A stretch of DNA of 64,000 nucleotides from Octopus sinensis. Its lineage: Eukaryota. Under the pieces are notes generated by a model. It saw nothing but the letters and a program-made list of their open reading frames with translations, was not told the DNA's origin and did no database searches. The position numbers and the translations under genes are program-made. The stretch spans positions 74,710,001 to 74,774,000 of the forward strand of contig NC_043001.1 of NCBI RefSeq assembly GCF_006345805.1, given 5' to 3'. Shown here one piece after another: positions 26,871 to 41,600 of this stretch; position 1 is the stretch's first letter; each line of letters begins with the position of its first letter.

Positions 26871-29777
26871 ATCTGAGAAATAATAGTCAAATAATACGCA
26901 AGAATATTGGAATCACACACACTGCGGGTTGCCAAGGACATTGCCCAGAAAGGGTTGGGCTATGTGGAGTAGAAATTGGAATGCATTTTCATGATATCAT
27001 ATTGTTCCATGTAATTCTCAAAGTTCAAAATAAATGTAGCCAAAGAGAAAAATTCTGTAACCTTTATTTTTTTCTTTTTAAAAATTATTTTACATTTAAA
27101 ATGGAAAATGATTTTTGTGCTACTCTGGATTTCCCACATTGGAAGGATGAAATGCAAAATGTTGATGCTTCGCGCTGTTTGAATTGTAGAAATTAATGAA
27201 ATATCGTTAGGAATTTTGTTCGATGTTCTGATTTTGTCATTCCATTCCCTATAGATTTGATACAAGACCAGCAAATTTTTGAGGAGTGAAAGTCGGTTAT
27301 ATCGACTCCAGTACTTGACTGGTACTAATTCTATCGACTCCGAAAGGAATTGTCGATCTTGGCAGCATTTAAACTCAGAACGTGAAGGGCCGGAGAAATG
27401 CCTGTAAGTAATTAGTCCAACGCGCTATCGATTCTACCAGTTCACGGCCGTGTTCCCGCTCAGATATAATGAGAAAAGTAACTAGGGATGGTGGTCATTG
27501 TTTCTTCCATGTTTTATTCGTTGTTTATTAAAATTACTCATTCTTCAAGAGCTCTGTTAGGGGTTAGACGTAACATTGGTATAGTTAATATATGGAGAGT
27601 CAAGAATTAAGAAAAATGAAAACGATTCAATGAGATAGTGGTTCTGAGTATGAAGAACTACATAAAGTATTTGACATGCAGAATCGGAGGTAGCAAAAGT
27701 GACCTAAAACATTTACGTACCTCCTATTAAGGCAAATGGGTAGGAGTTGATTTGAGTGTTAGCTTTCGTGCTTTGAACAGAAGCTTTGTGTCACCTAACT
27801 ATAATTATTAGGGGCTGAATTATATGTGTATATACATGCACATATATGTGTCGTGGGGGCTGGATTTGTGGTTGTGAGGGTGGATTTGTGGGGATTAGGT
27901 AGATTTGTGGGTGTGTGGGTGTAGAACAAAGTAGAGGAAAAGCGAAAGTAGGAATTACAGAAAATAAACAAATCTAGAGACCGGATTAAATTATTATTTT
28001 AAAAGTATCTCTTTCTTCCGTTCAGTCACGGAGGGATGGGTGGTCACAATGACAGTTAATATTTTCCGAACGTCCGGAACTGATGGGAGGAAGGAGGAAG
28101 TTATCCACAAATCGAAAGGAGATCTATAACACAAGGAAGTCGACTAAAGCACATCTACGGTGGCTCCAAAGACCAGCTGGTGGTGTTAAATAGGGTGGCG
28201 TGTTAAGGTCACTATTTTATTTAGTATAAAACTGGTAATTTTGAATGCCATTCTTTTTTATCTTTCATTTATTTCAGTCATTAGACTGCAGCCACGATGG
28301 GGCACCGCATCGAAGAATTTCAGTCGAAAAAATTAACACCATTACTTATTGTTTTCAAAGTCTAGAACTATCGACCTATTTCGCCAAACCACTAAATTGT
28401 CACCAGTTGTCAAATGGTGCGGAGACAAACATAAACAAACACATACACGCATGTATGAATAGGCAGTAGTTTGAAGTGCTCAGATAAAAGATGCAAGATA
28501 TAAAAAAAATGTTAAGGAGAATTCAAATAGGTTCACCAATTTATATAAACATATATTGCGCCATGGATCGGTGTATATCAGTTTTTAAATATACAAATGC
28601 ATCTATCATTAAAATATAAAAACATATTAAAAATCTATAAATACATACTGTATAATTTCGCGTAGAAGACGATCTTTAGATAAGACGAAGTCAAAATTTG
28701 TAAAAAAATTTACTGAATTTATTTCATATCTATAGTATAAGACGTCTGCTAAATTACATAACAATTTGCGTACAGGCTAGCTTTTGCAATAACAGATATA
28801 TTGTCATGTAAAGATGATGTTATAGCCATTTCTTTTTTACTTAATATATTTTAGAATTTAAAATAACCGAAATAACAAATCCGTTTCTATATCATGTTTT
28901 TTTCATACACACGTCGCCTAAAAGGGAACCTGATTCTTCTCCTTTACCAAAACTTTATCGCTATCATGATATCCGCTAACAACAACACTTTAATAGTGGT
29001 TCATATGACTGAAATGTTCTAAACAGTTACAGTCAGCTTGGTGTATTAATAACCATTTACCCATACTTCATATAGATCCACAAACAGTCTAGTCAAGTGA
29101 AATTTATAATTATTTTATACCCATACCAATATGCACCCACCGGTAAAAATAAGAAAATTGAAAGTTATAGCAGTAGCCAATAGTTCGAACAATTGTGCTG
29201 CTGCTAGAACATTCGATGTTATCGAGAAGATGGTACGAGAGTGGAGAAAAAAATGAGCAAAAATTAAGACAAGTACACAAACAAAAATGTGCAATGAGAA
29301 GGGGAAGCGCTCGTTGGCCGAATTTGGAAAAGGATGTAGCAGAATGGGTACTCCAGCAGAGACAAGATAGCTACATTGTAACACGAAATAGATTAACATC
29401 TTATGCTCTAAAATGGGCTAAATCATATAAAGAAGAAAATAAAGATCTTAAAGCAACAGTAGGCTGATACAATTGTTTTATGAACAGAAAAAATCTGGTA
29501 ATAAGGGAGAAAATAAACATCGCCCCAAAACTTCCGAGAGATCTCGATCACATAGCAACCAGTTTTCACCAGTTCATCATCGAGCGTCAGTTTTCATTGT
29601 TTCATATTGGAAATATGGATGAAACACCATTGAACTTTGACATGCTGGGTAATAAAACGGTAGATTTGAAAGGAGTAAAAACAGAGCACGTTAAAAGCAG
29701 ATGATATGAGAAAACGAAGTTTATGGCTGACGGTACAAAATTAAAACCCATGATTATTTTTAAACGTAAAACAAAGC

Positions 29778-30461
<684 letters not shown>

Positions 30462-31123
30462 TAAAAGGAAGCCCAAAATAAATTCTCCTCCTGGCGTTTT
30501 TGTTCATTTTCACGTGAAAGGGTGGATGGACGAGAGTGGTATGAAATGATGGATTGATACAATTAAAAGATAAAATATACGTGTATGTGTATGTGTTTTC
30601 AAAGTGTCTCTGTTACCAAATTCACTCACAAGGCATCGGTCGTCCTAAGGGTTATAGCTGATGAAATCTGATACGGTATCACACAGTGGGACTGAAATCG
30701 AAATCATCCTATTTCAATGTGAGCCACACTATCATGCCTGCGTCTTCTATTTGACTTTATCTTCTAAACATAGAAGCAATTTAAAGCCTTAAATGAAAAG
30801 TTTATTTCTGAGAGACTATGTTCATATCCAAAATAAAATGTGATTCATAATCACTAAAATCTTCATGACTGACTCATTAAGTCAGAATGATTGTATAGGT
30901 AATTAGAGCTCTATTTTTAATGAGGCTCTATGAGTGCCAAAATTCATGTAACGGATGGTTATTTAATCTGGGTCAATATTAACTATCTCCGCTAATTATG
31001 TATCTGCAATTGCCACAGACATGTAGGTCAAAGTATACGGTGCTTAGATGAGATAATAAATATTTTACAAATAACTATAGAGTAGTATAGGCCATGTATA
31101 TGCGGATGTATGTATGTATGTAC

Positions 31124-31167
<44 letters not shown>

Positions 31168-31174
31168 GTACATA

Positions 31175-31207
<33 letters not shown>

Positions 31208-31219
31208 TATATAGTAAAG

Positions 31220-31264
<45 letters not shown>

Positions 31265-31336
31265 TATATATATATATCTTCACGTATATATTGTGCATAT
31301 CTATGTTTTAGAATTTATGTATAATTATATATTCAC

Positions 31337-31371
<35 letters not shown>

Positions 31372-31389
31372 TTTTCTTTATAAGTACTC

Positions 31390-32420
31390 TTTCTAGAACG
31401 TGGGCGTTGGTTTCTAACAAAGAAACGGAAGCTCCAAAATCGGAGTTTTGATTACAACAACGATAATTGCTGCATATTGAACTTTAAGGAAATCTTGCAT
31501 ATTTTTATTGTTCCGTTAACAGATTATATCACTAAAGTTCGTATTAGCTAAATTCTTTCTTTGCTTTAAAATCTTATCCCTACCAGATAGTCATTTAGAC
31601 ATTTCAAAAAAAGTTTTTTAAAATTTTTTAAAGTACACCAATGATTGTTGGTATAAATATAAATTTATAATCAAGGCGGATCAGCGTTAGATTTCGAAGC
31701 AGTAGTCCTTAGGTATTCTCCTTCTCACTAATTTTCGAAAAAGTGTTCACAACTGCAGTTCAGCTAAACATCTATGACTGCACATGTCTTATCTTTTCTG
31801 ACCCAAATGCCAGATCTGTTTTGTTGCAATACTAGAAGTATTGATAGGGATGTTCCACCGATATTACCTATGTATGTATTTCTTAGTTTTTGTTTATATT
31901 GATCCCACGACAGTCTTTGCAGTGGATAGCATTACCAATTGTTTTAGCAATATTATATCCCCGTGGGAGATAGTACGTTGATGACATTTTGAGTAACTGC
32001 TGATAACATGGGTTTTACCCTCCATAGAATGACACAACCAAATCTTGTAGTTACATCTTGGTATTTTAAGGGTCTTGTTGCTCCGTTTGTTCTTGAGATA
32101 TTTTGCAGTTACATTCTGCTCCTGACTTACGAAAACAAACTTCAAGACATAAAATACTGTGAGGTAGCGGTCACGAGTCCAGAAGTGGCTGCACTCCCAT
32201 CAATATGGTCATCTTTTTTTTCTAGTTTAAGGTGAACATACTTATGAAATACCTATTTTGTGTAAGCACAAAAAGTCCTGCTCTTCTGGGTTTGCAAGGA
32301 GGTTATCAGAATATTGATCGCTTGATTTTTCAATAATTGGCCAATGTATTGTTTTTGCTGCTACTGTTTATCACGTGCTCTCTGAGTAATATCATAGGCA
32401 CTCAAAAGGTGCCTGCACTA
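31390..32420 (-). mobile_element. Possible highly decayed PLE reverse transcriptase
   Basis: Only scattered resemblance on the minus strand (TPCKPR.G; P.S....Y RCC..SDF near 31450). Confidence 0.25.
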
Positions 32421-32779
32421 CTCTTGAGCACATTCCCTAGAAATCTGCAGTCAGTGTCAGTATCTTGCAACTTTCATGTCTATTGAGCAGATATATTAGC
32501 GAGTTAGGTTCGTTCCATAAGCGTACAAAACTTGAAGTTGCATAGAGTTGAGTGAAACTGTTACTAAACACACTCACACATACACACACACACGCACGCA
32601 CACACACACGCACATACATAAAGTGTTGGGGTTTACATAAAATGGAACGATAAAATAAAAGGTATACACGGTATACATTAGAAAGAAGAGAAGTATTCAT
32701 AGTATATGACACCAGAGTACCAAGGACGAGAGCCCACTCCAACTTCTTTCTTCCGACTCACAGGTCTACTCTGAGAGTG

Positions 32780-33350
32780 GTACCACCCACTCTTGCTATT
32801 TTTGCAACTTTCATCCGCCTTTTGATAAATTCACTCGAGAGCAGCATCTCCCTCTCCATCTTCACTTTCCTTTTCAAGTGAAACTTCAACAAATCGATGA
32901 GGGCTTTACCAAAGCGGGAAGTTTCTGTCCTCATTCCTTTCAGCCTCGTCTACCAGACAACCTCCTTCACCACAGCCACCAGACAAAGGAAAACTGTCTT
33001 GCTTGCCCGATAAAAGGAAGGTGGCGGAGCAATCATCCTTATAGAGTCGGACGACAGCAGCTGTTCGACACAACTCCACAAGTCAGCAATGCCTAGATAC
33101 TGAACGAGTGCATGCAGAACGGTTTCGTCGCTCTGCGAGCACCTCGGACAAACCCGTCTGACAGCACATCCATGCCTGTAGAGTTTATCCCGAACCGGTA
33201 GCGCACCCCACCCCTGGTAGCACTGCCAAGCCAAAAACATCTGGAAATTATCCATAACATGCACAGCAGCGTTGAAGGTCTGTGCCAAGCGGCTTTACTC
33301 TGGTACCATTTTGGCAGTTTTTGCACCAACTTGGCAGATAGGGGTCTCAT
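32780..33350 (-). mobile_element. L1/Tx1-like LINE 3' fragment
   Basis: LPVRDKLYRHG, CPRC..SDETVLH and VAVVKEVVW; homologous to 50830-51300. Confidence 0.85.
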
Positions 33351-33429
33351 ACCTTTAGTGATAATGGACTGAACGAACTGAACTGTAACTAATCTACAGC
33401 TAGCTACCTAATCAGGACTGCCACTTTAC

Positions 33430-35400
33430 GTTGGCAAATAGATTTTACTCTATAGTACTGTTACAACTTCTCGCTCAGAGATTTAAGGCTAATTGTTTTC
33501 CTCTTTGTATATATATAAATTCTTTGCTAATTTAAATCTCTCTATCACATTTGAGAGCACCTACAAAACAGTTAATTTTCTAGATGTTATTTTAGATTTA
33601 AAATCATCGGTATACTCGCTCTGCCATAAACCTAATCAATACCTCAGATACATTAACATAAACACTAATCATCATAAATGTACCTACGATAGTGTAACCA
33701 AAGGCGTATCTATCCGAATATCGGACCTCTCAGCCACGGAGGAAATGTTCAATAGCCAAGCGAAATACTATAACCAGGCGCTAGCGGCTTCTCTCGGAAA
33801 ATTTAATTCATAACTTTAAAAACATATCTCACCACTCAGTCCTGGGGAGGGTGCATGCCTCACCGATGGACACACAAACACTCCCACTATAGAAAGACGT
33901 ACTAAACCCCCGCTAGAAACTTAGAAGGACCTCGACTGTGACGCTCTCATTTGCCCCGCGCTCAGCCACATAACACTCGATTTACACTCAAACTTATAAA
34001 CAATGCTGAGTCTCGGGCTTCTCTTCTAACAGAAAATACAGATTATACTTCCCCTATATTTCCTAATAAAAGTGAGGGAAGATCGATTCTCTGGTTTACT
34101 CTACCATTCGTTTTAAACGTTAAGGGCTTAGTCAAAAACTTTTTTACAATTGTAGACTTTAACTTTCAACGTAACCATGAATACCATTCGATATTCAACA
34201 GATCTACTCTGAAATTATCCTACTCCTCTCCGTCCAATATAGAGTCTATTGTTTCCTCATCTAATAAGCGTAAACTTAATTCATACTGCCCAAATAACGC
34301 CCTCAGACAGAGCAGCCAAAATATATACAATCATAACATAAGTCAATGTAGCGACAGAACTAAAACTGACCATGAAAGCATATACCGCACCTGTAACTCT
34401 AGCACTATAACCTGCATAAACCAAGATACGGATATCCTCACTTCCGAGAATGAACGAAGTACGGTTGAAATGAATATTTATACTAATACTACTACTTCTG
34501 TATGTGGTGTGTGTAGGGGACAATACGTATGGGAGCTTATATTGGGGGTGGAGTGGAAAATGGTCATTGAAAGAAACTGTCACCGAGTACAGTATAAAGA
34601 GAAAGATTTCAGAGTAAAGCGTACTTCAATAGCAGCAGATTATGCCTGGCTGAGAAAAGAGTGATTTTAAAGAGCATCCAGCATTCAGGCATTTACCTGA
34701 ATATCAGAAGTGAAATTTTTAATCCTTGCCCACATGGAAGGAAGTACATCCTATCATACCTGCGTGCCTCATCATGACTGGGATAACAAGTCCCTCAAAT
34801 TTGACCCCCACCGATACCTGGGAGTCCGGCAGAGAGTTTGACCAGAACATACACTAACGCACCCACAAACAAACACACGCGTCCCAGCATGGCGTGAATT
34901 TTTTCCACCACATTCAATATAACCTCCCACACAGTGCATGCACACATAAATAGCCCTCGAATTCAACCAATACATAAAGGAAAGGAAACACACTAACGAA
35001 CACGGATGCAAAGGTTATACATATAGTACCGCTACACACATTCCATTTCCACAAGAACATAAACTTTAAAGACACACACATTTCCCACAAACTCTTTTCC
35101 AGAAAACTCCTCCCGATTTGCAACAAAACCACCCCCAGAGACGATGTTTTGGTACCAAGGGACACAACTCTTAACTCAATCCTCTGCTCGATTCGTTCAA
35201 CAGTAACCACAAATCAGGTGTGTCTATACAGCTCCAACAATAGAGAGTAGTCGCCATATTTCATTTCATTTAGTCTATCTCTGATGAACGCAGGGTTACA
35301 TAATCGGACTTTTGAAGCCCTAATGCGAAAGATCAACTATAATAGATATATAATATTGTAGACTTCGATTAATATACCCACTCTGCTGACGAGTGCATTT
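33430..35400 (+). mobile_element. Penelope-like element remnant (RT C-terminus, decayed endonuclease, 3' region)
   Basis: VNFLDVILDL, KPNQYLRYIN..TNH, ILWFTLPF, H.Y..IFNRSTLKLSYS..N motifs typical of PLE RT and linker; weak hammerhead-like motif at 35274-35348. Confidence 0.75.
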
Positions 35401-35781
35401 TTCCTAACTTACAGACTCTTGGGCGGCTTACATACACACAGACACAGACACACAAACACACACCCACACACATTTATATACAGATAGATATATATATAAT
35501 GCTTTATACTTGTTTCATTAGATTACAGCCATTTTAGGGTACTACCACCTTCAAGGGTTTAGTCAAACAAATCGACCCCAGTACTTAGTTTCTTAAGACT
35601 GGTTGTTATTCTATCGCCCCACGCCCTGTTGTCGGAGCACTGAGTTAAGGGACGTAAACAAACTGACACTGGATGTCAAGTGGTCAAGCTGTAGTAGTGG
35701 TGATGAGGAGGACAGAAACAAAAACATGGCGGGACACATACATACATACATGCGTACATATATATATATATACATACATAT

Positions 35782-35865
<84 letters not shown>

Positions 35866-36015
35866 GGTTTAAGTAATTGAGATTCAAGTGAATTCTAATG
35901 AATTCACATGAATATGGTCCTTAACTAGGATGCACCGGAAATCTATATGGTGTTAACCATACGACAAGTGGGGTGATTACAAATAGGAAAAAAGCAACAA
36001 GAATGGATTAAAATC

Positions 36016-36099
36016 TCAGTACAATTGTTTCGTACGAGGACATCTTTAATAAGCTACAAAAAATGCAGTAAATACAGATGGTTCGTACTCGTCAGCCGA
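36016..36099 (-). ncRNA. Type I hammerhead ribozyme, mirror copy
   Basis: Reverse complement of 36552-36635. Confidence 0.88.
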
Positions 36100-36551
36100 A
36101 AAAACATCAGAGAATTCCCAAACATCAAAAGGGGTAGATACAAAAGAGGGTGTAAGATTAATTGCATTGAAGAAAGTTCGATTCCTGGAGATCCGATGAA
36201 AGGTCTTAAACTTACAGAATTTGTGCATGTCTACATATAACTCATATTGAATTGCTAATCAAGTTGTGTGAAGAAATTTCGGATACAGTCATGCGAAATT
36301 TCTGAAAATCCGAGTAAGAAGCAAAGTGACTGTCATATCGTGTAGAGGAAAATCTGAGTAAGAAGCAAAATGACTGTCATATCGTGTAGAGGAACATATT
36401 GTTATTGAAATTTACAAGAATCGCAGATATGTTCGATTCTTGGAGATCCGATGAAAAGTCTTTAACTTACAGAATATGTGCGATTCTTGTAAATTTTACA
36501 CCCTCTTTTGTATCTACCCCTTTTGATGTTTGGGAATTGTCTGATGTTTTT

Positions 36552-36635
36552 TCGGCTGACGAGTACGAACCATCTGTATTTACTGCATTTTTTGTAGCTT
36601 ATTAAAGATGTCCTCGTACGAAACAATTGTACTGA
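36552..36635 (+). ncRNA. Type I hammerhead ribozyme with extended helix II
   Basis: TCGG-CTGACGA-GTACGA...TCGTAC-GAAA-CAATTG-TA-CTGA. All core nucleotides are canonical; predicted cut after A36631. Confidence 0.88.
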
Positions 36636-36663
36636 GATTTTAATCCATTCTTGTTGCTTTTTT

Positions 36664-36703
<40 letters not shown>

Positions 36704-36711
36704 TGTGGAGG

Positions 36712-37030
36712 AGCAATGGCCAGTGGTTAGGGTAGCGGACTCGCGGTGGTAGGATAGCAGTTTTGGTTCCCAGACCGGGTGTTGTGTTTATTGGTTTATT
36801 GAGCGAAATCACTTAAAGCACCACGAGGCTCCCTCAATTGAACCCTGCTGTACTCTTTCACCACAACCTTCTCTCACTCTTTTTTCTTGTTTCTGTTCTA
36901 CCTGTATTTCAAAGGTATGAGCACACATATTTGTGGAGTGCTCAGCCATTTGCACATTAATTTCACGAGCAGGCTGTTCAGTTGATCGGATCAACTACAA
37001 CCCTCGTCCGCGTAACGGAGTACCACGACG
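36712..37030 (+). mobile_element. tRNA-derived SINE family 3-related copy
   Basis: A-box TGGCCAGTGG, then ttagggtagcggactcgcgg...ttcccagaccggg. Confidence 0.7.
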
Positions 37031-37034
37031 ATTT

Positions 37035-37119
<85 letters not shown>

Positions 37120-37129
37120 ATATATATAT

Positions 37130-37236
<107 letters not shown>

Positions 37237-37239
37237 ATC

Positions 37240-37378
37240 GGCTTCGTTCAGTTTTTACCCATGAAATTTACTTACAAGGCCATGGTCGGTCCAAGTCCAT
37301 AGCAGAAGACATTTGTTCAAATTGGACTGAACCCGCAACCATGTGGCTGGGAAACAGACTTCTTACCACACAGTCATG
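37240..37378 (-). mobile_element. SINE family 1 fragment
   Basis: ggactgaacccgcaaccatgtggctgggaa...cttaccacacag matches 1-118. Confidence 0.75.
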
Positions 37379-37419
<41 letters not shown>

Positions 37420-38024
37420 ACACGCGCGCGCAGGGGCATATATACATACACATGCACGTATATATACATATATATATATATACATACATATACACATATA
37501 TATGTATTCCTGTGTATGTACTAATAGATATGCTAAGGCGAAACAGAGAGTGGAAGGGAGAAGGTGTTCAAGAATATAAAACAAACAAGTGATAATAAGG
37601 ATTATCATAGATTGCATAATTACGAACTAATTACATAGCATGTCCGGTTTCTATAAAGTAAATTATACGGAAGTTTTAGTGTACTACTTCTCTAAAATTA
37701 GAACAGCGTTTCAAGAATACATTTACTGTCAAAATTATTTATCAGCATAAATTTATTTATTGCTTCAGTTTATAATAAAAAAGTTGTACACATACAAACA
37801 CAAACGCACCCAACTACCAACGCCTCCTCACATACATACATACCTACAACCGCGCGCGCACATACACACACATATATACACACATATAGTTATGTCATAT
37901 TCCGTTAGAAATGTGGTAGAGTACAGTATAAAGCTCGTTCACCTTCAGAATTGCCCAGTACTATCGGTAGTATTAATGTATACTTCTAAGCTTAAATTTG
38001 AGTATTCCTAGTGTGCGACTATGA

Positions 38025-38516
38025 AATTGAAGAAATTGGAGTCAAGAAGAAGGAATAGGGTTGGACATTTGATTATGCAACTATTTGTTTGCGTAATCAG
38101 ATTTATTTGTGTTTCCTCAGGCGATATATGAGTGTTGTCTCCGTCATTTTAAAATCGTCGACTTCAAGGCCATCTCCTCTGTTCGTCGTGGTTTGACAGA
38201 CCAATGGTGTGTGCTGTAGGAACGCGTTTGTGGGACTGCTATGAATGGTAGATGGTACTGGCTGGCATTTAAATGGGATTGGACTTCTATTTGGTTGTAT
38301 CTCTGATCTGCTCTTCATGATTGGCTATATATGTGAATTTATTAAACTAACGGAGAAAACACTCGTATATCGCCTGAGGAAACACAACTAGATCTCATTA
38401 TGCAAACAAACAGTTGCACAATCAAGTTGTTGGAGAACTACGTTGCGTCGAAACAATTCTAGCGAATAATAAATAAATGTCCAAACGTACTCCGTCTTCT
38501 TGAATCCAATTTCTTC

Positions 38517-38520
<4 letters not shown>
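38025..38520. mobile_element. Inverted-repeat element with degenerate long-helix-II hammerhead
   Basis: Arms ~38025-38143 and ~38350-38520; TCGC-CTGAGGA-aACACAAC...GTTGCGTc-GAAA-CAATTC-TA-GCGA at 38370-38465. Confidence 0.7.
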
Positions 38521-38566
<46 letters not shown>

Positions 38567-38573
38567 ATTATTA

Positions 38574-38619
<46 letters not shown>

Positions 38620-38644
38620 GTTGTTGTTGTTGTTATTATTATTA

Positions 38645-38679
<35 letters not shown>

Positions 38680-38680
<1 letters not shown>

Positions 38681-41600
38681 TATGTTTGACTTTTGCTTTA
38701 TGTCTGTACAAGTTGGCTCCAAGTCTCACCCAGAGACCTCAAGAGACAACAGGTTGGAAGTTCTGTGCCATATATTTGGGGGGTTTTTGGGGGGTTTTTT
38801 TGGGTGTTGTACTAGTGAATGTCTAATACATAAAAAAAATAAATAAAAAATAAATAAATAAATAAATAAATAAAATAAATAAAAAATTAAAAAAATAAAA
38901 AGTAAAAATAAAAATATAAAAAGTTTGTTTTAAACCTTGGGATTACATAGAAAGTATTTTGCGTAGGATATGAGCAGTTCCCATGAGCACTATCTTTTGA
39001 ATTTCTGCCATTTTGGGGTTTCCTGGTATCTGAGTTATGTAGCAATCAGTCCCTTTCGCTATCATTCCCAGGGCACCTATGACAACAGGTATTGTTTTAG
39101 TCTTCAGCTTCCACATTTTGCTGATTTCTATTTCAAGATCTTTATATTTGCTCAGTTTTTGGTAGGTCTTGACAGATACGTTTATATCGATTGGGACAGT
39201 CATATCAATGAGGAGGCATGTTCTTTGTCTGAAGTCTTTCAATATGATGTCTGGCCTATTTGCATCTATCTTCCTGTCAGTTTGAATGGTGAAGTTCCAG
39301 AGGAGTGAGATGTGGTCATTTTCAAGCACTGGAGGTAGTTTGTGTTCCCACCAGTTTTTTTCATGGGGCAAATCCAGGTTTTTGCAAATTACCCTGTGGA
39401 TATATTGTGCAGCTCTATCATGCCTATTGAGGTACTCTGTAGGCGCTAGAAGACTGCATTTGGAGACAACATGATCAATGGTTTCATTTTGTTGTCGGCA
39501 TACACGACATGTTGGGCTACTGCCGTTCTTTAATGTGTTGGCCTGGTAGTTTCTTGTTGGTAAGCATTGATCTTGAGCTGCTATGATAAACCCCTCTGTT
39601 TCAGATTTTAAGCCAGAGGCCATTAGCCATTAATGGGTCAGGGCTTTGTCGATATCTGCATTATTCGCTCTCTTTGGGTATTTGCCATAGAGAGGTTTTT
39701 CTTGCCATTTATTATTCAGAATATCTAAGGCCGCAGTTTTGGCACGGGTTTTCATGCGCCTAGCTTTTTCTGTGCTTGTTTCTTGTATGTCTATCTCTAA
39801 TTCCGAAATTGGTTGTATTCGGAATTCACTTAGATATTCCTTTGCCTGTTTTGTGACTGAGTATGATGCTTTCTTGTTTTCATGTTTTGAGACAAGTTTT
39901 AACATCCAGTCCTCAGAGTTTTTCAGGTAGGTGTCTAGGCCAATTGTAGCAATCTTCATTGTTATTGCCAGTTGCAAAAGACCACGGCCTCCCTCTTTTC
40001 TTGGCAGATAGAGTCGTTCTGTATCTGCCTTAGGGTGGTGCATTCTATGCATTGTCAACAGTTTCCTTATTTTTCTGTCGAGCTGACATATTTTAGTAAT
40101 TGACCAGTTAACAATATTGAAACTGTAAGTCACGACTGGTATGGCTAATGCATTGATCGCTTCGATCCTGTTTCTTGCATTCAGCTCTGTCTTGAGTATT
40201 GCTCTCACTCTTTGATAGCATTCTCTCCCGATCCTTTCCTTCATCTCTGAATGCTTTATTCCGTTCCCTTCAATTACCCCTAGGTATTTGTAGCTCTCCG
40301 CTGGGTCTAGTTCTTTTATGACATTCTGCTGGTCAAGGTTAACGTTAGATGTTTCTGTCATTTTTCCTTTGATAAAGGTAGCTTTTGCACATTTATCGAG
40401 GCCGAATTGCATTCTGATGTCGTCACTGAATTGTTTGACTATCGCTAGTAAGCCCTTGAGTTGTTGTTCATTTTTTGCAAAAAGCTTTAAATCATCCATG
40501 TAAATGAGATGATTTATATTTTTATCAAACATTTTATACCCGTACTGCGCGTCATTGAGCAGCTTTGAGAGAGGTATTAAGGATAAACAAAAGAGGAGTG
40601 GTGACAGTGAGTCCCCCTGGAAAATGCCACACGAAATTTTTACATCACCAGCATTTAGGGATTCGTTGTCACTGTTCAGAGTTAGTGTGGTTCTCCATGA
40701 TCTCATACTTACAGTCAAGAAGTTTCGCAGAGTAGGTGCTATCTTATACATTTCCAGGCATTTCCTAATCCAGCTATGTGGTAGGTTATCAAAAGCCTTT
40801 TTATAGTCTATCCAGGCTATTGATAAGTTTTTGTGTCGTTTGTGACAATCTTCTAAGATCATCTTATTGATGAGTAGTTGGTCTTTACAGCCGTAGGATC
40901 CACGTTTACATCCTTTCTGTTCATTAGGGAATATGCTGCTGTCTGTTAAAAAAACTATAGGTATATTCCGTCAGGACAGATGTTAGTGTTGTGTACATAG
41001 TTGTTAAGCAGGTTATGGGTCTATAGTTTTTTGGTTCATTTGTTTCTTCACTTTTTGGAAGCAGGAATGTTAACCCATTAACTAGCCAAGGAGGCATCCT
41101 ACTAGGGTGTTGCAAAACATCGTTGTACAGTTCTATTAGCAGTTCATGGCTCTCTGGGAAGGCATTCAGCCAGAAGTTAGGAATTTTATCCTTTCCTGGA
41201 GACTTCCATTTGCTTGACCTCCTGAGAGCAGATCTTATATCTTCTACCTTGACACCCTCCCACTTTTGCTCTTCTAAGGGGTCCATTTCTGTAGATATTC
41301 TGTCAATCCAGGGGGCCTTTTCGTTGTGTGTTTTTTCTTCTGCCCAGATTTTATTCCAAAATCCCTGCACTTCTTCTTTTGATGGTACAAACCTTGCAGT
41401 AAACGCTGTTTTTCCTATCTTCCTGTAAAAATTCTTGGTGTTATTTTTGAACATGTTGTTGTCCTTGAAAAATCTAACACGCTTTTCATACCTCGCTATG
41501 CGGGCAGCTTTGGCAGATACCTTTTGTTTGATGGTTTCTATGGTGGCATCAATATCAAGTATAGTTTTCATATTGTATTTTTTCAGTAATTTTTGGGTTT

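Larger units (their letters stand above)
35865..36668. mobile_element. Young inverted-repeat element with two intact hammerheads, between (TA)n tracts
   Basis: 173-bp arms at 35983-36155 and 36496-36668 are near-identical reverse complements; the spacer has ~45-50 bp internal duplications. Confidence 0.85.
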
